In this document: positions 38,754-52,505 of the stretch, in pieces
Layout of the letters: each line of letters starts with the position of its first letter
How positions within the stretch are numbered: position 1 is the first letter of the stretch
Source of the DNA: Podarcis gaigeae
Taxonomy: Eukaryota
NCBI GenBank assembly: GCA_964106915.2
Contig: OZ066917.1
DNA length: 64,000 nt
Direction: 5' to 3' (one strand)
The notes under the pieces: generated by a model
Told to the model about the DNA's origin: nothing
Database searches by the model: none
What the model saw: only the letters and a program-made list of their open reading frames with translations
Translations under genes and position numbers: made by a program

Positions 38754-39236
38754 AAGGTAAAGGGACCCCTGACCTTTAGGTCCAGTCGTGGCCAACTCTG
38801 GGTTTGCGGCGCTCATCTCGCTTTATTGGCCAAGGGAGCCCGCATACAGCTTCCAAGTCAAGTGGCCAGCATGACTAAGCTGCTTCTGGCAAACCAGAGC
38901 AGCGCACGGAAACGCCGTTTACCTTCCTTCCAGAGCAGTACCTATTTATCTACTTGTACTTTGATGTGCTTTCAAACTGCTAGGTGGGCAGGAGCTGGGA
39001 CTGAGCATAGAATCATAGAGTTGGAAGAGACCACAAGGGCCATCGAGTCCAACCCCCTGCCAAGCAGGAAACACCATCAGAGCACTCCTGACATATGGTT
39101 GTCAAGCCTCTGCTTAATAGAATCATAGAATCATAGAGCAACGGGAGCTCACCCCGTCACAGGGATTCAAACTGCCGACCTTCTGATTGGCAAGCCCTAG
39201 GCTATGTGGTTTAACCCACAGCGCCACCTGCGTCCC
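38754..39236 (-). mobile_element. Full-length Sauria SINE interrupted by a CR1 fragment
   Basis: Perfect 15-bp TSD ttattttgttactta at 38739-38753 and 39237-39251. Confidence 0.92.
39008..39135 (-). mobile_element. CR1 3' fragment nested in the SINE
   Basis: (ATTCTATG)-type tail repeats; flanked by gagca duplication at 39003-39007 and 39136-39140. Confidence 0.82.
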
Positions 39237-39666
39237 TTATTTTGTTACTTATTGTAAATTTATTATGGATAAAAACACATGCATCAAAATTGTAAGTTGT
39301 AAGCCAAAATAGAAAAGGGAATGTTTGCTATGCAAGCTGGTCACACTTTCATTCAGGGCCAGTATCAGCCCTCAGCATCCTTGAGCAGCTGCTGGTGCCC
39401 AGCTCCCTGGCAAAGCCCATTGCTGATGCCTGCCCTGCCCTGCACTCCCTTTTATGTTTAGCTGCCTTTTTCATTTCCCATGATGTCCCTGATGTAGTGT
39501 TGCTCTGAGGCGTTGTGATAACTTAAAATGGCCACCAGTGCCAGGTAAACTCACCAAGGTCCACTGCTGGAGGAGGGGACTCACTAACAGGCACTGCCAA
39601 GGGCTGCTTCAAACCTGGAATCAGCTCTGCTTTCATTGCTTTAAGATGCATATATTTAAGTGCTTT

Positions 39667-39720
<54 letters not shown>
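39667..39720. repeat. (TTTC)n microsatellite
   Basis: Direct read. Confidence 0.92.
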
Positions 39721-39725
<5 letters not shown>

Positions 39726-40490
39726 GGTAGTTGCTAGAAACTGAAGTGGTAGTATTTGAAATACGTAACTATTGCCAGTATTTAACGGGTCCAAACACTT
39801 TACATGTAAGTGAAGGTTTATGGCTCTAGCTTTTTAAAACGTTATTAGACACTTGCAAACTGTGCTTTTGAGTACTGTTTGAAGAGTAATGGCACTCTAA
39901 TGGCTACTAAAATACAATAACTAGAAAACCCTTTCCTTCACTGTTTTGACTTACTGTGATTTTAAAGCATCTGGTGCCCAGGTTGTATATGTTGGTGACA
40001 TTATTGAGAACACTTATTTAAAAACTAAATATTTAATACAGAGGAGAAAATAGCACTTATCACATGAGTGAGTTTATGGCAGTCTCCGATTACAGGATGT
40101 AATAAAAGAAGTGCTCGAGTGTTAGACTTCTTTTGTAGATAGATTTAATTGTGATGTGTTGAACTAATGCAGTCTCCACCTGAGATTGAACTATTTTTGA
40201 GCAGATCACTGAAACATCTGTTTTGTATAATTTTTTTTAAAAGGTTCATACATGCCAGAGAATTGTTTGTAAATGTGTAAAACTGGGTCTGGTGCCTACA
40301 AGTTTTCATACTTAGCCTGGTGAAACCTGTTGAGTGTATGCAATATCAATGGCACGGTTTCTCTGATCAGCAAATGAGAATGCTGATTCTGAATGGTTTC
40401 CAGTTGTCTTAAACCATAAGGTAAAATATGTATTATGTGTCATATCTGTGTTACCTTCTCTACCAATAAAAATGTACTGGTTCTTTTCAG

Positions 40491-40599
40491 AAGTGTTGGA
40501 AGAAGGCTTCCAGGTTCCAGCCTCTATAGCAGAGAGATATAAAGTTGGCCGGACTATAGGAGATGGAAATTTTGCCATTGTAAAGGAGTGTATAGAAAG
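40491..40599 (+). CDS. DCLK1: Kinase exon with Gly-rich loop: (E)[35 protein letters not shown](R)
   Basis: tttcag acceptor, AG|gtgaga donor, 109 nt, phase 1-2; GDGNFA motif. Confidence 0.96.
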
Positions 40600-41418
40600 G
40601 TGAGAAAGATTTCCTACCTATTACTGTTAAAGCACTCACTAATGTCAGGCTTCTCTTCGATCACATCTTCATTTCCAGCACATATGGAACAAAGGAATTT
40701 CTCAGATCCATGTGTACACAATGGGAAAATTACGCCAGCTATGCCTGGAAATAAGTGTTTTGCAGGCACAATCTATAAATTTAATGCTTTGATTTATCCC
40801 ATCCCTGCGGCTTTTTCCTTGACTGTGCTCAACACACTCCTTCTAGGAGATTGTGAAACCTTTCCCATTGTACTAAAATAACACATTAGAAATCATTTCC
40901 CTTGCAATTGGAAAATAAATGCCTGCATTTCTCTTCTGACTACTCAGCTGAGAGTTTTTCATTATTTAGATCTGGATCCACAGGCCTCAATTCTTCTTTC
41001 CGCCCAAAACTTAAAAGAGTGTTCTATGCACATATCACAGGAACTTATGATACTTCCTTATACTTGGTCAATTTTTTTGTACATCTCGCCCAGCACTGTT
41101 GACTCTGCCTGGTGGCCACTTTGTAGGATAGCAGTATCCAGTTCCACATTCATTGTACACAAATGCCTATGAAGGAGGCCCACAGAAATTCATAGGGGAA
41201 GCAGGCAATGCCCAGTTGAAGCAGAAAGGATGGGAACAGGACCGTGGACAGCTCCCATAGGCATCACTAAGGCAGCTACAGAAGTGGAACTCAAGGCAAC
41301 ATACATGATAAACCCTCCCATTTTTATCCTCACAATGGTCCTGTAAGGTAGACTGAGAGCAAGTGACTGACCCAAGGTCACCCAGTGAGCTGCATGGAGG
41401 AGATTGATCTTGATTCAT

Positions 41419-41608
41419 NNNNNNNNNNNNNNNNNNNNNNNNNNNNNNNNNNNNNNNNNNNNNNNNNNNNNNNNNNNNNNNNNNNNNNNNNNNNNNNNNN
41501 NNNNNNNNNNNNNNNNNNNNNNNNNNNNNNNNNNNNNNNNNNNNNNNNNNNNNNNNNNNNNNNNNNNNNNNNNNNNNNNNNNNNNNNNNNNNNNNNNNNN
41601 NNNNNNNN
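41419..41608. other. Assembly gap (190 N)
   Basis: Run of N. Confidence 1.
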
Positions 41609-42048
41609 AAGTAATATTGTCTTCCATAAACACGGTTTTAACAATGAGTCCATAAGTGACTGTGGAGGCCAATTCTGGATCCACACGTCCTTCCACAGTG
41701 GGGACATTGGTTTCTGGGCAGGAGCTGATCACAGTGTGGATTTGCCAGGTGTGCCTTCCTCTTAGCACATTTCTCCCTTGTGTCCTAAGTTCAAGTGTCT
41801 TCAAAGCCCATGACACCTTTGGTAAAGGCTGTTCTCCAACTGGAGCACTTGCAGGCAAGTGTTTCCCAATTGTTGGTGTTTATACTACATTTTTTAGATT
41901 TGCCTTGAGAGTGTCTTTAAACCTCTTTTGTTGACCACCAGCATTGCGCTTTCCATTTTAAAGTTTGGAATAGAGTAGTTGCTTTGGAAGATGATAATCA
42001 TGCATCCTCACAACATGACCAGTCCAACGAAGTTGATGTTGAATAATC
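41609..42048 (-). mobile_element. RTE-clade LINE 3' fragment
   Basis: Minus-strand translation QLRWTGHVVRM...LPKQLLYS...GKRNAGGQQKRFKDTLKANL...GSRIGLHSH with stop/frameshift. Confidence 0.82.
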
Positions 42049-44907
42049 ACAGTAATCAATAGGTTAAAGATACACAAAGGATGTACACTGGAAAATCTCT
42101 TTTGGGGGGAGATTTTAAAAAGATTCTCAATTTATTTCTTTTGTAAAACCTTCATTTGTATTTTGTTAATCTGCATTTTGTTAATTTGATTTTAAAATTA
42201 TAAAAGCTGGAGAAAGCCCCAGCAAAGGTTTTTAACATAAGGTGGGTTTTGTCTTGCCACCAGCCATTTTTTAAGAGGACAGCATTCCTTTCCTCTTATG
42301 CAAGTCAATAGAGACTACAGATTGCAATGCAAAACTTTGGGTTCAAGCAAGATAATTCCAAATGAAAAAAAGAGAAACTTTATTTGAAATCGTTAAATCT
42401 GATTTAAATACAATCAGGGCTCTTTTGTATTTATTTTTTTCTTTCAGAATTTTTTCTTTCAGATTAAACAAATGCCTATGCCTGATTTGGAGAAAAGTCT
42501 CTTTGTTTTTTGTCATGCACCTGCTCTGAAATGCAAAATTGTGTGTTTTGTGCTTTGGTAAAAAGCAACCATGCTTGGAATCTCTTAGGTCAGTTTAGTA
42601 ATAAATATTATAAGGCCTAGAGTCAAATATTTGTGGTGAGGGACGTAAGAGGGAATGGAATCATAGAAGAATTGGCAGTACATAAATTCAGATAGCATAA
42701 TATTTTTTTTAAGGTATTTAACTATATTCCTGCTTAGTGAGCATGTAATACTGCTTGCCTCTTATTTCTTATACCTAGACAGTCTTTTTTTTTTTTTTAA
42801 GGAAAAGGGAAGCTAACTTATTCAGGGAACTTTTTCTGTTTTTTACAACCTTGATATTGCTGTAGTCTTTCTTGTATTTTTCACTGTAAATGGTACACAA
42901 GTTGTGCTTTATTTATTGAATATCTGATTCTGTGGGGTGTTCCTAGCATTTCCTAGGTTTTCCATCACTGTTGGTGATAAAACATGTTAAGCTAAAAGTT
43001 TATAACTCTCAGTATTATTATCATTATTCTATTCTGTTGTAAAAGGTGAGTCAAACCTAAAAGCAGTCAAGCTGTCGCAAGCTTGTTGGATTGATCACAT
43101 ATAAATTCCCTTCATAATAAGAGCTAATCTTTCCAGCATGTAGTTAAGTTACGCTCAGCCAAGCTCAATAAGTTGTTTTTTGTGTGAACCGGGGGGGGGG
43201 GGGCAACCACAGTGTTTGGTTCATAGGCCTTAAATATTTCTTGAAGCAATAAAGCCTTTATCATATATTTATGTGAAACTCTTCAGAATAAGTTTGTGCA
43301 TATAAAGATGGCTTATTGGTGCTTCTTTATTTCTCGTAGCTCTGCTAAGAAGCCCTCTAGTGGGGAAAACAGAAGGATGGCTAATTACACACACATGAGC
43401 CATTTTCTAACAGCTTCAGTTTTTTAACAACCTGAATAGGGCAAAGTACATCTGTTCGTTTGTTGCCAAGCCTTCGCTTTAAATCTACAATTTCATCTTT
43501 GAGGTTTTCAACTTTGAAGTTTTCATTTCACTCCTGTTGGATGGCAGAATACTGTATGTTTCTTATTCAATGAAACCGCTCTGCTTCACCTTGTCAAACC
43601 TAAAGGTGGCTTCTAACAGCAATCAAATGGTAGCTTTATAACATTCGCTCATCATATTTCCCTTTTTCGGTTGCTTTGCAAGCTTAATAGTTTGTTTGTT
43701 TGTTTGTTGTTTTGTTTATGTGGGAATTTTGGCCTTGCCCTTCTAGTGCCTTAAAGCAGTTTAAAAATATCAGTATTGTATGAAACAATAAATTCAATGA
43801 AAGTCAACTGATAATAAATAAAACATCGGGTACTGAGGTGGGGGGGGGGACCTGCTGGATTAAAAGGACAGTGTCCAATTAAATAGGCTCACTAGTGCAA
43901 GAACTTCTCCCCCCCCCCCATCTTCTCCCTGCATGCCTCCTAAATCTGTTCTAGAGGTTCCCCCAACCCTCAGGAACAGATTTGGGGAGGCCACAGCAGG
44001 CAGGCAGGGAGTAGAGAGGGAGGAGAATTTCCCTGGCACCCACTATGTCCTCACCAGTCAGCTAAGGCAGACAGGGAGAGAGGGCACCACACATGTCCCA
44101 TGGAGACAGAGAGGGAGCTTGACCACAAGCCCTGGTTTGGAAGACACACTAAGCCAAACTTTAGCTTCGCTTCTGAGTTCCCCCAGGATTTAGGAGGAGC
44201 AAATGAGAAATCGGAGACTGGGAATTGCTTTCTGGCAGCCTGTTAGGCCAACTTTGGGCTTCTCTTGTGGCGTTAACTGGGCTGCAGTGCTGGTGAAGCC
44301 ACTGAAATGGCTCATCTCATGTCACCATCAGTCAAACCTCAACTGCAGGTGGTACTCTGGAAAGGCAGGCCTCAAGGAATGGTGAATAGTGTAACCACCC
44401 TATATGAGCTCCTGTATTTGTGCTGTATAAAACCATTTTTGTTAAAACTAAAAAGCACCATATGGCTGTTACTTCAAAATAATGTGACTACATCGTTCAT
44501 CATTCTTTACATGCTGTCTCTATAATCTGTCTCTGCTAATATTAATAATCCGTCCTATTCATCTGCCCTTTTGCAGCAAAACAAAACATGAGAATGTAAA
44601 CTCTACATTCGGGGGGATACTTGGTTTCCCACATATGGGAATACATTGCTTTCATAAAGGATACTTGGCATCCATCTGTCTCGGGAGACAGTGGAGGAGT
44701 GTGCATTTGGGGGTGAAGCAAAACTGTTGGAAGCTTGCAGCATATCTGTGGCTCTAGAGACCAATGTGGGAGAGCCAAAGAATCATAGAATTGGCATCTG
44801 GTTATGCTGCTGCAGATGCACCACCGCATTTCATTTCTCTGCATGCCTCCCAGTGGTCATTCCTTCTTTGCTCACTGCTCCATATGCATATTTGTCTCAT
44901 GCATTTT

Positions 44908-45193
44908 TGTTGTTGTTGTTGTTGTTTAGTTGCTTAGTCGTGTCTGGCTCTTCGTGACGCCATGGACCAGAGCACGCCAGGCACGTCTGTCTTCCACTGC
45001 CTCCCGCAGTTTGGTCAAACTCATGCTGGTAGCTTCAAGAACACTGCCCAACCATCTCGTCCTCTGTCGTCCCCTTCTCCTTGTGCCTTCCATCTTTCCC
45101 AACATCAGGGTCTTTTCCAGGGAGTCTTCTCTTCACATAAGGTGGCCAAAGTATTGAAGTTTAAGCTTCAGGATATGTCCTTCCAGTGAGCAC
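44908..45193 (-). mobile_element. Bov-B LINE 3' fragment (~290 bp)
   Basis: (ttg)n tail; reverse complement of the 2306/6394 copies, extending into ORF2; TSD ctcatgcatttt at 44896-44907 and 45194-45205. Confidence 0.88.
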
Positions 45194-45570
45194 CTCATGC
45201 ATTTTAGGTCCTTCATAATTTCCTTTCCTTTCTTTTATTTTATCTGGAGAGATGAAAAGTGTTTTCCACATAAACATAGTATCACAGAAATGAGCACACG
45301 CATAACCACCCCCATAAAATAGAGCCAATACTATTGCAGCAGAGCCTTAGGGCCAAGTTAGATGTGATGCAAGAGATCTGGTGGAGGAGAGCAGCCTCTG
45401 GGAGATGGAGCTTAACCCTTCCTTCCTGTATTCTTTCTCCACTGCTTTCAATGGAAACAAAAAGGAGCAGTAGTTGGTACTTTACTTGTTGAAGGCAGTT
45501 TGAACTGAAAACAGAAACCATTATTTCATCTTCCTGTTCTCTGTTGCTTTATCTTTCTGTCTCTCTCTAG

Positions 45571-45628
45571 GTCAACTGGTAGAGAATATGCTCTGAAAAT
45601 CATCAAAAAAAGTAAATGTAGAGGAAAA
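45571..45628 (+). CDS. DCLK1: Kinase exon (R)STGREYALKIIKKSKCRGK with catalytic Lys
   Basis: ctctag acceptor, AAA|gtaagt donor, 58 nt, phase 2-0. Confidence 0.96.
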
Positions 45629-45690
45629 GTAAGTACAGAAGCTCCCCATTGTATCTCTTTCTTCCATGTTCACCTACTCTAACTTTAGTA

Positions 45691-45916
45691 CAGTGGTACC
45701 TCAGGTTAAGTACTTAATTCGTTCCGGAGGTCCGTTCTTAACCTGAAACTGTTCTTAACCCGAAGCACCACTTTAGCTACTGGGGCCTCCCGCTGCTGCC
45801 ACGCCGCCAGAGCACGATTTCTGTTCTCATCCTGAAGCAAAGTTCTTAACCTGAGGTACCATTTCTGGGTTAGCGGAGTCTGTAACCTGAAGCGTATGTA
45901 ACCCGAGGTACCACTG
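45691..45916. mobile_element. Tc1/mariner (Tigger-like) MITE
   Basis: TIR CAGTGGTACCTC(A/G)GGTTA; TA duplicated on both sides; 62 nt from the exon donor. Confidence 0.9.
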
Positions 45917-46786
45917 TATCCCCTTTTTTAGTAGCCCTGCTCCAGGTGTCCCCACTGAATGAAGTGATTTGGGTAACCTGCCAGGGAGGGGGCTTTTTCC
46001 GTTGTGGCATCCAATTATGGAACAGAGAATCTTGCCTGGTGCCATATTGGTAGTCTTATTGGCACTTGCCTTCTGTATCTATTTTATCTATATATTATGG
46101 TTTTGTGTTTTACTTTCATGTATTTATTCATTTTTGCCTCTTTTAAAATTGAAATTGTCAATGCTTACAACCAAATAAGCTCCCCGACAAATGAACACAC
46201 ACAGTACAAATAACAACAACAATAATCTATATAAAAATGTGTTTTCTTTTATATTTATTGTGGGTGGCATCCAACCTATGTCCTGTCATTGTAAGGATTT
46301 CCACTTGGTCAGTGAAACTTTCCCCCTCTTCTGATCCTGCCAATGGTTGTCCTGTCCTGTCCTGGGGACCCCCAGAACAGATTAAGTGGTGTGCCAAGGG
46401 ACAAGACACAGCAAGAACACAGACAGAAAAAACTTAGTTTCAAAATTGGTAAATGTTTCTAAATTATTTGTATAGAAACACAAGATGACTTGGAGCAATC
46501 AGCCCAGATTTCCTTTGTGGTTGGTTTCATGGTGGGTGGGGGGAAGTGAACAAAGGCTTTTTGTAACCCTTTCTATGTGAGGGAGTGTGACCTAACTAAG
46601 TCGGGGAGGACTGCTTACTCTATGGTCTTAACCCCTTCATGCATTAAGTTGAGCAAAGCATTCTGGTTTTATAAGGCTGATATTTATCCCGCACATTCTG
46701 CATGAAACACAATGTGGGGAACTGAAGCAGATGGATGGATTTCTTCCGTTGTCTTTCTACATGTGGTTTTCTTTTGTTTGTGGCAG

Positions 46787-46906
46787 GAGCATATGATCCA
46801 GAATGAAGTGGCCATTTTAAGAAGGGTCAAGCATCCCAATATTGTTCTTCTGATTGAGGAAATGGATATGCCCACTGAGTTGTACCTTGTCATGGAGCTT
46901 GTAAAG
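46787..46906 (+). CDS. DCLK1: Kinase exon [40 protein letters not shown]
   Basis: ggcag acceptor, AAG|gtatgt donor, 120 nt, phase 0-0. Confidence 0.97.
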
Positions 46907-47949
46907 GTATGTATATAGGAGAGAAAGATCACCTGCTATTTCACAGATTACCAACCATTCACTAGGCTTCAAATTAAAGGGCTGGATAGCTGCTGATGCG
47001 CAGGAAGGGTCTATGCCTTTATTTACCCCCTGAACACAGCAGCTGTTAAAAGGAAGAATCTATAGAAGAGTTTAGCCCCGTAGAGACAGGCAGGCAGAAT
47101 GGAGGAATGAACTAGAGGTGCTCTCTGGACAGCAACGTAGTGTTTTGTTTTTTGTCTTTTTTGCTATTCTGTTCTAAGGTTTGTGAAATATATACATAGT
47201 TTTCACTGTATAAACATGATAAACCAGGTTTCCAACTTTGTTACTTTTGGTGGATTTGTGAGTTAGCCTTACTTGCAGGACATATGCCACAGATAGATAG
47301 GGATATCCAAGCGTGGTGATCAGATTCTGATAGGGATCAGTGAGTGAATCCCTGCTTCCATATTATTGATTGATCTGGATGAGGTGGGGTGGAACAACAG
47401 AGAGCTAACCCACTTCTTATGGACATGCATGGGTAAATCATGTGGAACTTCTTTCCCCTGGCTTTAAAAGGGGGTTAGACCATTTATGGAGAGTAAGTCA
47501 AGTGGCTATCCATCATGATGAAAATGGAGAACCTGCATGTTCAAAAGCAGTAAGCTAATCAATATTAGTTGCAGGGCAGCATTGACAGGAGAAGTCTGTG
47601 GCCTTCATGCTCTGATGATGGATTTCATAGAGACATCTGCTCAGCTCCTGAAATTTGTGATCTGAAGCGGAGGCCCTCTGGATGCAGCCCTTTGTGTGGT
47701 AACTTGACATGTGGCTTCCTCTGTGGTGGCATCCCACTTGTGCAGCTCCTTCCCTTTGGAGGTGTTTCAACCAGCCTTGTTACTGAGCTTTGGTGATCAT
47801 GATGGGATGAATATATGAGTCAAATAAATAAATACGGTCAGAAACAAGTTGCTGAGCTAGTTAGATCTTAGGTCTGATTTGGGGCTGTTCCCAAGAGATC
47901 TCTGGTCCATCAAGCCCAGGATTGTCAACTGGAAGCAAAGCAAAGTCTC

Positions 47950-48330
47950 ATAAGAATTATGCTGTTCTGGAGAGATACTAAAGATCTATCTGAACCAGAA
48001 TCCTGTTTTCACAGTGACCCAGCAGATGCTTATGGGAAGCCCACAAGCAGGACATGAGTGCATTAACCCCTTCCCATTGTTGCTCCCCAGTGACTGGTAT
48101 TTAGAGTCATGGATCCTCTGATCCTGGAGGTAGCATACAGCCATCATGATCTGTAGCCAACAGTAGACAAATTTATGGAGGGTAAGGTTAATCCCCTTTT
48201 AAAGCAGTCTAAGTTGGTTACAAGAACCTTGGGATAATGAATTCCATAGTTTAACTGTGCACCCTCTGAAGAAGTGGTTCCTTTATATTCTCACATTCCC
48301 ACTCTTGATCTTCTTTGGATGACCCTGAAT
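47950..48330 (-). mobile_element. Degraded CR1 3' region
   Basis: cataagaa start, gaattccatagtttaact...gaagaagt resembles the reverse of 60930-60962. Confidence 0.6.
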
Positions 48331-51300
48331 TATGCAGGGATCTTTCCCGAACTTACTACCCAAGGCTGTAAATGCCAGGAGTTTTGCCTGCAAAGTTCTC
48401 CCACTTACCTGCTGTAGAAAAAGCTGGATTCGTAACTGAATAATTTGTGTGGGGTTAGGTGTAGCGGGTTTTCATAGCTGCAAACAAAACTGAAATTTCT
48501 CCATGTAATAGGATCTTTGCTACAATAAGATATTGTGAGAGCTGTCGCAAACTGTGTGTGACAAGTTCATTCTAAATAAGGTGTGACACCTTCTCTTATT
48601 CATTAAGTTTGACAGTTGAACAAACCTTGCTGTGATTTATTCTCTAAGTACTGAAGCAAGCGCATTTGGGAAGATGTGAGCTGTTGATTCAACAACGGCT
48701 GGCCTTATCCCTTGCACAGCATGCCCTTTACAATTGTGTAACCATCTGCTGTGGATTGGCTTTTGAAGACCCAAGTTTAAATCAAGTTCACAGATGGGAA
48801 AGATATTTGGGAGGAAAAGGCTTGATGTGGTGGAGCGCCAGTTTCTGGCTACTACCATTTTGCATTAATTGGCAGCCACAAGTTTGATATAAGTGGTGGC
48901 TGCTGCTGCAGACACGTTTTCATTTCATGGCAGGCACGTCACTCACTGCTGCGTAAAAGGCCTTGAGTGTGAGGAAAGCACTTCATAAATACAAATAAAA
49001 GCATGTTGCAGGCAGCGCTGGTGGAAAGGAGAAAGGACGTGGTCGCTGGCGAGCTGCCATTGCACATAGTGAGACCAAATTATTATTCAAGCCCAGCACT
49101 GGTTTAGCTATTTTAACAAGCATGATTTATTATAGGGTTTCCTCCTGCTGTTCAAGGATCTAATTTCAATTTCACATGAGAAAAGGAATGTTACAGCATT
49201 TATGTTGCTAGCTAGTAAATAAATAATTGGTTACTGTACTTCGGGATTTCAGTGCCTTATGTTCATTGGTGATAAGGGTTGAATTTTCCTTCTTTTTTTC
49301 TTTTAAAAAATACATTCAGATGCTTCTGTTAGTCTGTCTTGATTCCAGGAAAATGCAGAAGGGGGGATGATAAAACATTAAGGATCCTGGGCCCATCTTC
49401 TACAGTGCCTTGACTGCAGCAGGCGACCTGTTATGTCAGTTAGTAAAGCAGAAATTGGCATGATCCCTTACGTGAAGGAAAATGTGGAATTCTGTGCTGT
49501 CCAAGAAAGATGACTGTAAAGTTAATTATTTAAGGTCTTTATCCAAAAGGGGGATGGTCACCCATTCAGTTTAAACATTACATATTTGCATTTCATTCAA
49601 GTATTTGCAAACTGAGATATTTTGCACGTGTTCAAAATAAATGTTCTTTCCTCCACACACAAAATCCTCCCTCCTCTTTGAAGAGTTACTCTTGGGGAAA
49701 TTACTGTTGCTAGTGAGGGGCAAAGCCCATCCTATGAGTCATTCTCTTGGAGCATGAGGGTCTCCTGAGTGGGTGGACTTTTGCTCTCCAGCTACAGATG
49801 AAATTTGAAGGACTGTTTGAGAGCAAGCTGCTTTTGGCAGGGGACAAATCACCATGGCGACTCCACATGCCCCAAAGGTTATCCATAGTGTCAACCATTT
49901 GCCCCGACCAACATTATCCCTTAGGTACCCTAAGGAAATCTATCATATACTGACACCTGGACTGCACAATGTGTGCAGAATTGAAATGGGGACCTCCTTC
50001 AGGTGCGCTGTACAAATCTTAAATTCTTCTTACAACCATACAAGCAGGGTGTCCTCAAATTCTTCCAATTCTTGCCACAGTTTTCCCCAGACACCTGCCC
50101 CCTTTTTTGGCCAAGTGCATAAAGCTAAATTCATGCAAGTTAAATGCATAAAAGTTGTGAGTCAACTGTATTTCGTAATGGACCTCAGACGAAAACCAAA
50201 GAGAAACTATGATCATTGGGTTCCATGACAGTCTCTCTTTCCTTGCCACTGAGTTTGGGTTATCTGAGGCCAGAATAGAAAGTGGTGAGGGGTTTAAATT
50301 TCCCACCATCAGTGAACATAAACTTTGCTTTTGAGCCAACTCGCACAGTATTTTCTGCTGCAAGTAGCAGTGACTAAATAAGGCCTTAGAGAGATAGGTA
50401 TTTTTAAATTGGGGTTTGAACATGTGACCATTTGGATACAAAGTGTGTGCTGTTCCACTTCCCTGTGGTACTTCATGACAGCTGATAATCAAATGATGGT
50501 AGTTTTATTATAAAATAAATGTTAGTCATTTTTCACAGAATTTTCTTCAAACGAAGAAATAATCTGTAAAAAAAGTATGTGTTCGTGAGGTTGTTGGGGG
50601 GGGGGTTAAGCAGTTTCGGGAGTTTTGGTGAAGTCATTTGTATACAATATCCCTTCACTGTGAAACACCCACAAGATGTATCTTATTTGATAGGATCTTT
50701 TATTTATCTCATAAATAAGATAGAATGAAACCATTAAAGCACTGGTAACTTAAGATTGTAAGTGTTGATTAAAAATTGGGTTTTGTTCTAGATTTCCAAC
50801 ATTAAATAAGACTTATTTTAAAACAACTCAACATTCTTATTTTAGGAAAGAGTTTAACACCTTAGCTCCCTGAACTACTATTACTATTCCTTTGTTTTAA
50901 TCTTTCCTCGAGTGCAGAAGTGAAAATGTATTTTCCTTGTGTAAGCTGACACAACTCAGTCCCTTTATTTATTACTTTGGCAGAAAGCCATCCCCACAGC
51001 TCTGCAAATAGGAAGAGAACCTACAGAAGTGCTATGAGCACCTATCTTGGTTAACTGCAGGCAGCTATCCAGACTTTCCTCTGCATACAAACAGCAGATT
51101 AGGGTGTTTTTCCAAGGCAGAGGCAGGATTTTGTTGTTTGGGGGGGGGGGAGAGAGAAAGGAGAAGGCCAACGGGGGGGGGGGTACTTAGACTGTGATGC
51201 ACACCATGGATTAAACCAGGATATTGATGTAGACATATGAGATGTGCCTCAAAGGAACAAAAAATGCATTCTAAATTTGTACAGCCTGTATGACAAGGAT

Positions 51301-51644
51301 CTAATTTATTTATTAGATGTCTGTCATGAAATGAAGCCTTTTCGTGCTCAATAAGGGGGCCTCTCTCTTCCCCACTACAAGTTTGTTTCATAGTATTCTC
51401 TATCTTGAGGGAGTTCTAGGAAATGTAGTGCTGTGAGGCTGCTAATGACCTCTGCTGGAGTATTCTCAACAGCCTCATGGAACTACTATTCCCAGGGTTC
51501 TCTGGGTAAACCACAGCAGTTAAATCAATATAAAACAAATATAGATATGTAATGGGAATAGGAAGGTTAAAAGCAGGACATGGGAATATGTGGACTCAAA
51601 ACCTGATCCAGTGAAGCTTTTCTTACATTCATAAACAATCTAGA

Positions 51645-51815
51645 GTTAGGGGAGAGCAGTGAGGTGGGCAGGTTTGCTGATGATACTAAATTGTTCAGGG
51701 TCATTAAAACAAAAAGGGATTGCAAAAAGCACTAAAAGGACCTCCTGCAAAGTAGTAAAATGGCAAATGCAATTCAGTGTAAGTGTAAAGTGATGCATGT
51801 TAGGGTGAAAACTCT
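51645..51815 (+). mobile_element. CR1 reverse-transcriptase fragment
   Basis: TTTGCTGATGATACTAAATTG = FADDTKL; WQMQF.V KCKVMH-like stretch follows. Confidence 0.75.
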
Positions 51816-52358
51816 TCATTTCACATTTTTGTGATACCCTCCAAAGGCAAAAACTGGGGTGCCATCTTTTGGGATGCCATCTTCTTGTTTTCTCACAAGA
51901 GGATGCTGACCATTTTGGGCATCCTGATTTCATGCGATTTTGCACCATGAGTTCTACCCAGAAAGCCGCTTTTTTGGGCTTGGTGGAATCCTTAATTGGG
52001 AACACCTTCCTTCCGAGAATGGATGCGTTGTTCTTTTGCTGCAATCATTAAAGACTCTTTAAATGGTAAGGCACTCTTTTCGCTTTGTCCTGCTTATCTA
52101 CAGCCGGGGGGGGGGGGGGAGGTGAGTCCCAGGATCTTGACAATGACCTACTGCTACAGTCAGACTGAATTCTTCCATCATGTGCAGACTAATAGACAAA
52201 ATTTCCACCACAGATATTAGACCTCTCTTTTTATATGGGTCCTCTGTGCTGTTCTCAAAGAATATGATTATGCTTTCCATTACAGTATGTTTCTGGAATC
52301 TCAGTCCTCTTTGTCGTTAGTGGAATGCTGTTCAAACATGACAATTGTTTTATTCCAG

Positions 52359-52505
52359 GGCGGAGACCTTTTTGATGCCATTACTTCCACAAACAAATAT
52401 ACAGAGCGGGACGCTAGTGGGATGCTGTACAATCTGGCCAGTGCCATTAAATATCTTCATAGCTTGAACATCGTCCACAGGGATATCAAACCTGAGAATC
52501 TGCTG
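52359..52505 (+). CDS. DCLK1: Kinase exon [49 protein letters not shown] (catalytic loop)
   Basis: ttccag acceptor, CTG|gtaagt donor, 147 nt; HRDIKPEN. Confidence 0.98.

Noticed and set aside
41378-41858. ORFs containing X runs
   Set aside because: Artefacts of the N gap
44045-44500. Possible additional LTR-like repeat
   Set aside because: Could not define termini or a TSD
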